Of a stretch of 64,000 bases of DNA, positions 53,501-64,000 are shown piece after piece (within the stretch, counting starts at the first letter, position 1; the number at the start of each line of letters is the position of its first letter). The position numbers were made by a program, and so were the translations under genes. Below the pieces are notes generated by a model. It searched no databases. It saw nothing but the letters and a program-made list of their open reading frames with translations, and was not told the origin of the DNA. Source of the DNA: Bispira polyomma (lineage: Eukaryota); the NCBI GenBank assembly GCA_965649765.1, contig OZ287756.1, forward strand, positions 66,898,001-66,962,000, in the 5' to 3' direction.

Positions 53501-54886
53501 TTAGCTTTTGGGGCCATATTGTTTGGGAGTCAACCTACTTAGTGATCAAATTCTCGAGTTAATTATTGTGCCTGGTTCTCTGTTTGAATCTAGTGCATTA
53601 CGAGTTTAAACTCGAGTTGGTATGTTGTTGCATTTACACAAGTGTTGGGTTTAAATTTGAATAACTACAATATATCTAGCTATACATGTATATTTATGTA
53701 TTAAAGAGGGAACGAAAGCCCTGCATAAGATGTACCAACATAATTTGTTGTGATTTACTGGTCTCTCACCAATGTGTTGTTTCTAATCCTGTTTATTCCT
53801 TCATGTGGGAAAGTTTTCAGGTAATTGCCGTAGGTTGGTGGTTTACAGTGGATTCATGACTGGTGTCTTCCACCGTTAAATCTGGTCATCCTGCTATGAC
53901 CTAAACTGCTGAAAGCTACTCAAACCCAACTAAATTCAAATTTAACTCCACAGGTTGTAAAGAAAAAGGCAGTAAACTTTCACCAGAGCTGCTGTATGAC
54001 TGTGGGGGCAAGTGCTTCTGTTACTGTCCAAACTCTGTGCAGGATTGCTGTCGGTGTGCGGTAAACCATGACCACGATCCAGAAGACATACCAGTCAAGG
54101 TAGGGCAATACATGTTTAATGTATAAATATTGTTTGAGTGCAGGTGAGGTTATATTATTGGTATCTGGTTCTCTGTGTTTTGTGTAAACAATCAATATCA
54201 CTAAATATGGTCGATTTGCTTTATACAGGTAGAATGGTACTGGTTTCTATTATATAAATAAATCAAACCTAATGACATCATAATACCCCAGGATTAATGA
54301 ATGACACTAGTCACGATAACTTAACATTAACTGAGGTCGAAATATATAGTTAGTAGTTTGGCACTATTTTATTCTATTAAATTACACTCACTATGACTAC
54401 AACCTTTTAACTATATTTATTGTTTTTTTTTGTATCTAAAACTGGACAAAAAGAAAATATACTTTGTCATTTTTATCCAGATAACGAGGTTTACAATAGT
54501 TTAACTTCCCTAAGCTCCATATCCAGGCAAGATAGCAACTATGAATTAACATAATAACTGCATTGAGTTGTATTATATTTTTGATTTTTAACTCACCTCA
54601 TTAATGTGAGGCATCTTCTAAAGCACAACAACAAAATCAGAACTCAAAAAAATGTCCAAGGTGGGTTCATAACAATAATAGTAAATCTGTTTCTGTGTTT
54701 ATGTTCAATCTTATCCTGTTCCCCTCTGTATCCTAATCTCCCAGAAGCTTATCTCCAAAATATATTAAGATAACATGAATGATTAATAAATATATACGAT
54801 TTCAGATTACTTCGGCAGATAATGGTGGCTTGGAGAACCCAGCTTTTTCGAATATGGAAAGCAAAGAAGAAGAGACTAAATACTGA
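32535..54886 (+). CDS. SLC5A8-like: Sodium:solute symporter, SLC5A5/6/8/12 branch (sodium-coupled monocarboxylate transporter-like), 15 coding exons, ~650 aa
   Basis: GT-AG exons, all phase-compatible: 32535-32751, 34333-34466, 35529-35597, 36139-36190, 37479-37546, 38155-38309, 38795-38935, 40103-40232, 47874-47962, 48384-48511, 49823-49980, 50706-50974, 52147-52262, 53954-54099, 54806-54886 (1953 nt). Motifs DYLMGGRNM, PAEVYY.G, TSAYEYL..RF, LYAPSLA, GGLKAVVWTD, DPRVRHTIW, NQ..IQRY, CDPL..G....DQ, GLPGLY.AAVFAASLSSVSS.VNSLA, GAPLFG.F.L..FFP.AN, ISYAWY, and C-terminal ENPAF..ETKY. Exact orthologue not determinable. Confidence 0.93.
32887..33640. mobile_element. Cluster of L2/CR1 3'-end fragments in intron 1
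   Basis: LWNNLSTNIQS..GFRSNIKNHLFTLAY on -, SPNLWNDLP on +. Similar fragments at ~31520-31610, 34800-35250, 47520-47720, 50040-50400, 51060-51290 (-) and 58540-59050. Confidence 0.7.
36825..37041 (-). mobile_element. CORE-type SINE, second copy
   Basis: High similarity to 32240-32440. Confidence 0.75.
40235..40455. repeat. 42-bp minisatellite, ~5 copies, starting at the exon 8 donor
   Basis: tgtgtgtgagatgtagtgtatatgttcaatatacagggct repeated; explains the periodic 14-aa ORFs in the track. Confidence 0.95.
41031..41222. mobile_element. Small MITE-like fold-back
   Basis: cttttctgggcataaggt ... accttatgcccaaaaagg inverted termini; interior rich in ttaagt/acttaa. Confidence 0.55.
41324..42242 (-). 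pseudogene. Tyrosine recombinase, element B
   Basis: N-terminal core-binding region (AFTPATNKAY..FRQFIAF) plus catalytic residues LRLSNL (R), WSKT (K), FHAFRR (HxxR), GTW and VWRY (Y). One break at ~41860-41880. Confidence 0.9.
42267..43900 (-). pseudogene. Reverse transcriptase / RNase H, element B
   Basis: Track ORFs 43639-43896, 43242-43703, 43011-43226 and 42407-42688 are successive fragments; the frame ends WLLAFDSLLNVNTLI*. Confidence 0.9.
48699..49345. mobile_element. PIF/Harbinger-type MITE in intron 10
   Basis: Termini gggccgtattca ... tgactatggccc with CTG on both sides (48696-48698, 49346-49348); interior built of ttctta/taagaa repeats. Confidence 0.75.
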
Positions 54887-55185
54887 ATCAACAAAAAACA
54901 CCTTTCCAAAAAAAACCAGGAGGAGGCTGGATTCTGAAAATGTCTCATTCATGTCCTGTTTCCAAGTATACCTCAAAAGTAATCCATACATGTCATACAT
55001 GCACATCAATATTTTGGCTCCTGATATATTTTATTAGAATGTTTACATGCCAACAGCTGTCGAATAATTTAATTGAAATAGAATTTAAATGAAATAGTTA
55101 ATTTGGTATAGCACATTTATACAACACAAGGCAATTTGAAATGTACTTTCTCATGGGCAGCCAATATGGGCACTGAGGCTTGCTT

Positions 55186-55415
55186 GAGGATGACCATTTA
55201 TCAACGTCCCCAAATATCTTTAATCTGTCACTGGAGATATTACTCAGTGACAGAGGACCGCTGTTTTAAGTGGCCATCCGAGCCACTAGGCAAACTTGTG
55301 TGTACATCTTGCCCAATGATGGTATCCCACCAAATGAAACTGGTGGCTGGTACAGGGAATATAACCTAGGACTTTGCGATCATCAGATCAACACCCTAAC
55401 CACTAGACCATGGGG
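55186..55415 (-). mobile_element. tRNA-derived SINE, family 1, in the presumed SLC5 3' UTR
   Basis: Reverse complement begins ccatggtctagtggttagg (A box)..ggttatattcc (B-like); homologous to 22860-23120. Confidence 0.8.
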
Positions 55416-55625
55416 GATTACAATGGAATTTCAGTAGAGTTTTACCCCGCTATCAGCAGCTTAAATCATATTACAATGTGAGCTCATTTACATAACATTT
55501 GGTCAAGAGAAGGGGCATGGGTCATGAAATAATTACTTGAGTTTTTGATCATATACCAGTAAAAGAATGTAGAATATAGGAGCTTTTCAATTGTTTGGGG
55601 AGTTGTTACATTTTGGCAGAGGCAT

Positions 55626-55885
55626 TTACTCTACCGCGTGCCCATCTAATTATGAAGGTAACTCATATACGTGATGTATGTACTCTATGTGTGCCCATCT
55701 AACTATAAAGGTAACTCATCTATATGATGTATGTACTCTACCTGGTGTCCATCTAATTATAAAGTTAACTCATCCATGTGTTGTATGTACTCTACCTAAT
55801 TATTAAGGTAACTCATCTATACGATGTACATACTCCACTGGATGCCCATCTAATTATAAAGGTAACTCATATTTGTGATGTATGT
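55626..55885. repeat. ~53-bp minisatellite, ~5 copies
   Basis: gcccatctaattataaaggtaactcat..tgatgtatgtactcta repeated. Confidence 0.92.
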
Positions 55886-58800
55886 TATCTTCTATTGTGT
55901 TTTTTATTCTATTCTACTGTTATAAGTTCTTCAATTAGAAATGTAATAAATATAGTTATATAATATCTGTACATATATGTTTTAATATAAAATATGAGAG
56001 ATTATAGTAAACAAATATATGTGTAAATTTTTAAAACACAATTGTACAGACATATATCATTTTACATACATACTTGTGCAATAGATAAATACATATCTCT
56101 TTTTATTAGTTTTAACAATGTTATTCTATATATGTGTGTATATATATGTATATATGGTTTTGGGTAATAATGACTTAATAAAGTGTGGTTTATAGTATTA
56201 TCGTTGTCTTTTTGGTGTGTAATTGAAGAAATAAACAAACCCTCAAATATACAAAGATAATAACTGTTTTTAAAATATCAGTCCATTGAGTGCATCATGC
56301 TTGTGTCTGAATTGCTGGTAACAATGTAAATAAAGGTTTATAATTATAAGTTCTAAGTTGACTTCAAAATGTACACACACCAACTAATTATTATAGGGAA
56401 TAGCTGGAAAATTTGTTCAAAATTAAATACAGGACATTTAGCACAAATGTCATCAGTAAATGGCGCTACTTGACATTAGTACCACCTGCATTCAGTATTG
56501 GTCTCAGCACTTGAGTCAAACTCAGTATACAGAAAGTGGATCAAACAAAAAAGCAAAAAAGATCATATGGTTGATACATTTTTGAGTTGTATAAAAACTT
56601 GTCAAATATGTAGGAATTATATGAACATAGTGTACCAAGCTATAGGCACACAACTAAGTGTTAGAGGGTACTTAGACAGTATGAAATACTAATGATGACC
56701 ACCAATAGTTAGCCACTCTGAAAGACTATTGGAAATTAGAAATCAAAGTACCATGCCATGAGCATGGCTGGCTTAGTACAAAGACAATATCTGTTTGAAG
56801 AATGTGCACTTAAATTTTACAAACGTACTACCAATGTCAGGAGTAATACAAGGAGTAATACAAGGCATTTTATCATGCAGACATATTAACATTGTTTGAT
56901 GGGTGGTGCAAAATATAGAATGTGTTCAGCTGCATGAACAGCATTATATACATATAAGTCTCGTAAAATAGGATACTTACTCCGATGTAAAATGTTTTGT
57001 GAGCCCCAAATAAATGAAAGCAGAAAATGTAGAAAATGCCGGAATTATGATTTACAAACTGTGATGTCTGCAAACAAAAGGTTTGGTACAGTAGCCTCTG
57101 CATCAATTGCAAAGTTAAACTTGGCAATACTGTCATCCTGAACCTTCCTAAACCATACCAATTGGTGAACATGCTATGCCTAAGCCAAACTAACGCGAAC
57201 CAGTTCAATTCTTTATCCAACACATACATCAGTCACAACTTAAAGATTCTGATAGGCGATGCACTGTAATGGGTTGTGATAGATCACTCTTTTTAATTTG
57301 CAGATATATTACACCAAAAATGCATCACAAATGGCAAATTTATGGACTTGCATTAGCAATGGAACACGTTTTTTAAGGAACATCTCAATGAATTTCATTC
57401 AAGTGACAATTAACATATAAATGACCACGAGTACTTAGCATGGCCATTTGTCGAGGTTGACTTAGTCTATTTTCTTGACATAAATTGCTTCCCATAATGC
57501 CACTGACCAGCACGAAGCATGGCAAAGCACTTACATTACACCTCACAGTGTGTTCTCCCTCATTAAGAATGTGTGATGAAGGAGGTTACTCATTAAAATT
57601 GTTTGCACCATAATAGTGGTTCACAATCCCCAGAACGAGCATTTAATTTATGCAATTTTCTTTAGCCATATATAATCATTTAGATAGACCTTGAACTGAT
57701 ACGGGTGACATCAACACATATAGAGAAGGTGGTGACTTTGTCCAGGATTACAATATAATATAGAATTAAGAGCTGAATTTCACCAGGGTTCAGTGTTATC
57801 TCCAGTAACATTTTGATTTCCAGGAGAGGGATTGCTAACCATGATCATTTTTAACGTCAAATACCTCATTTGAAATATCAATGTGACCGGACTCAATAAT
57901 GTTCGAAATATAGAGGAACATCAGATGCAAGAGCAAAAATAATTTTTGCTAAATGTATTAAAATGTAATTTAACAGTCTGTCTATTTCGGCATGTAGTTA
58001 GTTACCTATAATATGTTTACAGTTGTCATAAGGTTAACTTATTCATATATGTTGTATTAAATGTGCACTAACTTATCACGAAAACAAGATCTTGCCCGTT
58101 GTATTTGATTATCTTGATGAATCTTTATGTTTTATATTTGACAGTCTGTCACCATCTATTTCTTATATAAGTACACTTAAGTCTGTATATTATTGTGAAG
58201 TTGCAGATAAGAAAACTAATATGGACACACTGTAAATCTTTTATATATGCTATCAGTTATAAATTTCAATTGTACAACATTATCATGAAGTACTATTTGT
58301 TATTGTCAACGACTTCATCCTGCAGACGTATGGATATTAATGACAAATATATTGAGTGATATTCTATTGATAATTGGTGTAAATATCTTGTGACTTTTCA
58401 TCATTTAACAAGGTAAGCAACATAGTAAAGCCATTTTATTGGTTTTTTTAAAACTTATTTCTTTTATTTGTATTATTCTGTATGATTAAGTATGATATTG
58501 TGACAAGTACATGTCATGCCTTCAGCCAATCAAGAAGACACTCGCTCGTATCATCACTAATACCTCAACCTATTCCTACATATCTCCTGTTCTAAAAGAT
58601 TTACACTGTTAAATTTTGATGTTTTTTCAAAACTGCCACATTGGTCTACTCTTAATACAGACCTCCCCAAATACCCCAAGTCCATGTCTTCCCTGTTACT
58701 CTCAGCAAGTCAATACCTGTTGTGATAATCCTAACAAATTGTTTCTCAATGTTCCCACTTTTGATCGCAGCACACACACATTAAATGTTCATTTTAATCC

Positions 58801-59624
58801 TAGTTTTTATATGCTGCACTCATGTTATGGAATAATCTAACACAAGATACTAAATGTTCACCTTCTTTTTTAACTTTTAGAAGTAAGCGTACGACCTATC
58901 TTTATTAAAAAGCTTGCTCCTGAGGCGGTTTTACCATCAGCGACTCAATCCCGGGTAACAACTCTTGTTCTGTTCATCATAAGATGATTACTGAATAATG
59001 ATTCTAATAAAGCTCCTTTGAATCTGCTAGCACGGCGATTAAGCTCCATTTTGGAATTGATTAGATTCTTCAGTACAAACCAGTGGATTTTAGCAATTGT
59101 ATTGCCAACTTTTCTACATTAATTTTAGAGTCGAATCCATGACGGCAGAAGTTAGTAGAGAGACCAGAGTCCTATTGTAACCAGCAGGCGAATGTAAATC
59201 AGGAAAAGCACGATGATTCTACATCAATTGTTTCAAATTTTCCGCAATTTTCCCAATTTGCCTCTGTCCCATGCAAAGCAACAGTGAATTACAGTGATCA
59301 AATTCACTTGACACTTTATATTGTACTGCTAAAACTACTGAATAATGGGTGTTTCTTGTGAAAACGGTGATTCATCTACTTGTGATATGCTACCAGTTGG
59401 CTGATTTTAAAAGTTCTAGGTCTGTTGGTCTATTCTGTTGTTTGGCTTTACTAGATGTCTCGCATGAATAAGGTGCATTAGGAATACAATAGGTATGTAG
59501 CTACAGAACAGAGAAATTTTTATTTCGTACTGCATGGCAGAGGTTGGCACTCAACTGAAAGGTATTGTTTAAATTGCATTCTCTGTTTTACCAGGTTGTC
59601 TGCAGCCATTTGGAAGTTGCAGAT

Positions 59625-62600
59625 ATGGCATCCACTTCCTTCCACTGGGCTGATTACTTGGTGTTCGCCTTCTCCCTTCTGGTATCTCTGTTTGTGGGCT
59701 TGTTCTTCTACGTCCAAGGCAAGAAGAGGAAGAACACCAATGATGACTTCTTGATGGGGGAGAGAAATATCAACCCAATCTCTGTGGGTCTCAGTTTGTC
59801 AGCATCACTACTCAATGCTGTGTTCCTTATTGGTATGTGTGTAACCATTAGGTTATTACCATAGTTAGGTATTCATAACTAAAATAAGTATACAGGTTAG
59901 TCAATCTATATTTTTTTGTACTGTAGATCACTGTTAGCTCTTGGGATTAGGTGTTCAATTGCTCAGAGGTCGTACTGTTAGACTGGGGTGTAACTTCAGA
60001 TGATACTGACTGTCATTTCACCTCCATCTTGTTGTCGATATATATGTTTGTATCATTGTATGTTTAGTAAAGAGGGTAGTGGTGTCTAGGCTATATATCT
60101 GTATGCGGTGGGATTGTGGGTGCCTGGTGACTAGAAATGTCAGCTTTAATACAACTAGCCTCTCATCTCTAAGGGTGGTGGGTTCCAATTGGATTGGTTC
60201 CTCCATGTGGTAGAGTTTGTCTTTCTATAGGTTGGTTGTTTCCAGTATAAATAGCATTGGTATTGTAAAGATTGAAAGAAAGTGACACCTACACTGGTTC
60301 TCCCACTTATGAGACCGATGCTTAACAGTTGAGCTAAAAGGGAGACTGCGGAAGCACAAGTTATTATTGCGTACATATACACTAGTATATTAAATACCTC
60401 TTCTTTGCAAACACCTGTCCTTGGGTCTTACATGACTACATCTTTACTCTAACTTGCTTAGCTTACGAGAGGGTGCATCTTACCACTGATCTCACCCGTG
60501 TAAAGATTAACAGATTGCTACAATGATAATTAAAATATCTATAATAGACTTACATTAAGCAACCTCCACGTCCGCATGGGCTGCCATTTTAAAAGACAAT
60601 TTATGTTTGCAATTGCAGGTGCTCCTGCTGAGATGTATTACCAAGGTGTCATCTACTCGTTAATAGGGATAGCTCTCATCATCATGACCCTGATTGCTAC
60701 CAATGTATTCATTCCTATTTTTAGAAACATGAAGATGACAAGTGCCTACGAGGTGTGTTTTATTTCATGCAATTCATTGGACTATCGATATGATACTAAT
60801 ACACATACCTCTATATAGTACACATTACAATATGTAAACGATTCTACTACAATGGTATATGGCACACTGTGTACATTTTTCATATAAAACGACAAACATA
60901 AATGTATGCAAAACTGTATTATTTACATGGTTTGAGGTGGTGTTAGTATTGCCAAAACCAACCAATTTATCCATAAATGTGGCCTTATAAATTTATGATA
61001 TTTGTTTCTCGTAGTGAGTTTTCATTGTTGCACTATCTGGGAATTATTCAGTTCTATCTAGTAAAAAGACTCTTGTAAATGCTTTGTCTGCTTCATCACT
61101 TAATTCAATAGTTTTATTATTATATATGGTTGGCAAGAGGTGGATAATCAAGTTGAACATGTTGCACTAATAACTTATTTTTTTTTTAATATATAGCTGC
61201 TTTGTGTAATTTTTGTTGACAAAGTTGACTTTGTATTAGCCTTCCGACACTTTGTCGATAAAATATTGATTAATATAGAAATTGTAACCGAGTTGTTTCT
61301 CTTCCAACAGATCTAAAACAAATCAACTTTTTATGTTACCATAATGAACTTCAAAGTGTAAAACTGAAGTTGGCCTTACAAAGCAAATAAAATAATCACT
61401 TGCACAATAACTAGGAGGGCTGTGGATACACCTTTCAAAACGGATGTAAGTTTTGTGCAACATTGTGCTTCATCTTTGTGTAATTATTTTGACAAACAAG
61501 CACACCAATACGTATAGATGAAAATTATGACAGACACCATAGTAAATTGTTATAGATGTTTTGCATTTTGTAATTTCTTAGTACCTTGGCGTCAGATTTA
61601 ACAGTATGGCTGTCAGATATGCTGGCTCCTTGGTGTTTGCCATTTCAATAGTAAGTGTAGTACTGAATGCTAGCATAAATTTAGCTTTAGATATGTGTAT
61701 TTCTTCTTTAACATTGGGGCCCGAAGTCTCTGTTGATAGTCCTGGAATATCTGTGGTGAATCAAAATCAGAGTAAAATACATCATCCTTTAAGATCAACT
61801 AGCATTACACATGATTATCAAAACTTTGTTTTCCAAGGTCCATTTGTGGTTGTGGTGGCCTAGCGGTAACTTTCTAGCCCTGGTGGTGTACCGTGCTTCT
61901 GCCCTGGCTTCTTCCACCATTGAATCTGATCGTCATGATACGACCTATAATCTATTCAAAGAGGCGTCAATACCAAATTAATTGAAATGTAAGGGTCATT
62001 TTGACAGTGATTACTCCTATGACAGGTCTACTATGTTGAATAGCCTACCATACTACAAATAAGCTACATATAAGAGTATTTCCCTTCATACCTTTTTCAC
62101 TTGGCTGTCTTTCTGATCTAGATCCCTCTATGTTATTGGTTTGTTACTTATATTTATGTTTTATTAGTGTGTTTTTAAATGGTTGTGTTCTCGAAGCACT
62201 GTAGATATTTGTTGAATGATGTCATATATGATCAAATATTTCCCGTAGACCAGCATCATTTTGTTTTTAACCTTGAATGACCAAGTATATTTCTTGTCCC
62301 TGTATTGTGTCTTTAACTGGATGCAAAAAAGGAATGACTGTAACATATACAGGACATTGACCAATCTTTATATCAGTTGTTTCATAATAACATTTTACTT
62401 CATCAAACTGGATTTATTTGTCCAGTTTTGTATTTGATTTGTCACTGTTTACCAGTTGGTAGTATATATTTGTATATATATATATACTGGCTCTGGAAAA
62501 CAGAGGTCCTAGATTTGAATTCAGTCCAGGCCTCCTAGGTATATGCAGATATAAGTGTTTGGGGGCCATATGTACAAAACACCTTAGTCTTAACTTAGTC

Positions 62601-63329
62601 TAAACATTAACATTTAAGTCTAAAACATTTAACACTGCCTATCGTTAGGCTGATAGTAAAGTGCAAGTAACACTACCCAAATATATCACTATAGTTTTCA
62701 TCCTTTTCAGCTCCTCTTTCTGGCTGTGGTATTGTATGCACCATCCCTTGCCTTTTCCCAAGGTAAACTGACTACTGTAAAACATAGCACAAACATAGCA
62801 CAACAAACTCTTTGTAATGTTCCATGTTTTGTTAAGTGAATATAAAATATATTGTGCAAGCCATATTCATATGATATATATATATACAATTCATTAATAA
62901 TTGATGTTTTTCATCAACAACTTATCGTATTTGGCATTAAATGAAATACAGTATTTGTTATAGTGTTATTCTTGTATTTGTTTTATTAGACATTGTTACA
63001 CAAGATACAGTTGCAATAAATGCTCTATTAAATAGTTTAGTGACAAAAAGGGATTGGCAATGTTAATTAATCTCTTTATATATTTATAACACACAAAAGT
63101 ATCTCAGAATAAAGTTAACGTTTTCAAACAGTAAGTTTTGAATTTTTAGATATACTGTTGTCATATAAATATGGTATCTTACTGACAACAAAAACTTTTG
63201 TAATTGAAGCAATGTAATATTGACCTAAGTACATGTATACACTCTTATTTTGGATTTACAGTGACAGGAATCAACATTCACCTCATTCAAATTGGCTGTG
63301 GATTGGTGTGCACACTCTATGTCTTTATG
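59625..63329 (+). CDS. SLC5A8-like: Tandem paralogue of the SLC5 symporter, coding exons 1-5 (continues beyond the window)
   Basis: Exons 59625-59832, 60619-60752, 61582-61650, 62711-62762, 63262-63329. Exon 2-5 lengths (134, 69, 52, 68) and all phases equal gene 1. FHWADYLVF..SL.VSL.VGLFF, ASLLNAVFLIG, MKMTSAYEYLG.RF, LFLAVVLYAPSLAF, IHLIQ..CGLVCT.YVF. Confidence 0.93.
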
Positions 63330-64000
63330 GTGAGTACTCTCTTTTAGAAACACAATAAATTAATACCGTATCTGTCATTTTCTGATCCACCATTTGCTGA
63401 TAAAATCAATGTAGTTACTATCACATGTGGTTAACTAATTTTATTTATTAATATTAATGATTGATTATTTTATAAACAACTAGCTGTGTGTAATATGATC
63501 TTGTGTATATATACCACGTCAGTCAAAACTCAAAAGTAGTGCCAAAGTTTCCTTAACTGACACAGATTAAGAAATCAATTATCTGTTAACATTTAAACAT
63601 AAAGTTTTAGTGAAAACCAAAGAGAAAAGGTTTTAAATTACTTTTCAGCAATTCTCTTTGGCAACACAACTCTTTTTGCCGATAGTGTCAAAACCTGGAA
63701 GTCACTTAGGACTCTGGTTTCTCCTTCAAAAACTTGTTTTTAGCATCGGTCGATCCTGCTACTGTAAAATCCAAAAAGTTTGTAGGATTCATCGACACCT
63801 AACTCTCATGACAAGTTGATTTGATAACTGCAACTCACTACAGTAAAGAATTGGATAGGGGGCCAAAAACAAGCTGCAAAAAATTCAAAACAATCTATGC
63901 TGAATTGTATGCAATGCTAGTCCGTACTCACACACAACACATCTGCTCCTTACATTGCACTGGCTGCCTATTCTTGTTCTGTATTAAATTTAATGTAATT

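Noticed and set aside
54480-54555. DNEVYNSLTSLSSISRQDSNYELT* as the last exon
   Set aside because: Needs a phase-1 donor, but exon 14 ends in phase 0.

Overview
Eukaryotic, AT-rich, repeat-dense animal DNA. The SINE/LINE/MITE inventory looks like a marine invertebrate, probably lophotrochozoan (inference). Right half: a complete 15-coding-exon SLC5 sodium:solute symporter of the SLC5A5/6/8/12 (NIS/SMVT/SMCT) branch (+, 32535-54886, about 650 aa), followed by the first five coding exons of a tandem paralogue (+, from 59625) with matching intron phases and identical exon 2-5 lengths. Left half: a decayed MADF-domain gene (Harbinger-type accessory ORF) split by a 5'-truncated L2 LINE, an element with ~40-bp LTR-like repeats and a tRNA-Leu-type PBS, and a decayed EGF/TM/YxxL receptor gene. 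Three decayed tyrosine-recombinase (Ngaro/DIRS-order) retrotransposons are present, one antisense in SLC5 intron 8. The most interesting signal: all three carry a phase-1 splice donor (G|GTAA) at the same Gly-Lys site in gag, and the most complete copy has an in-phase acceptor at the start of the recombinase frame. This suggests the integrase is made as a spliced Gag-N/YR fusion. All alignments and translations were done by eye; element boundaries are approximate.
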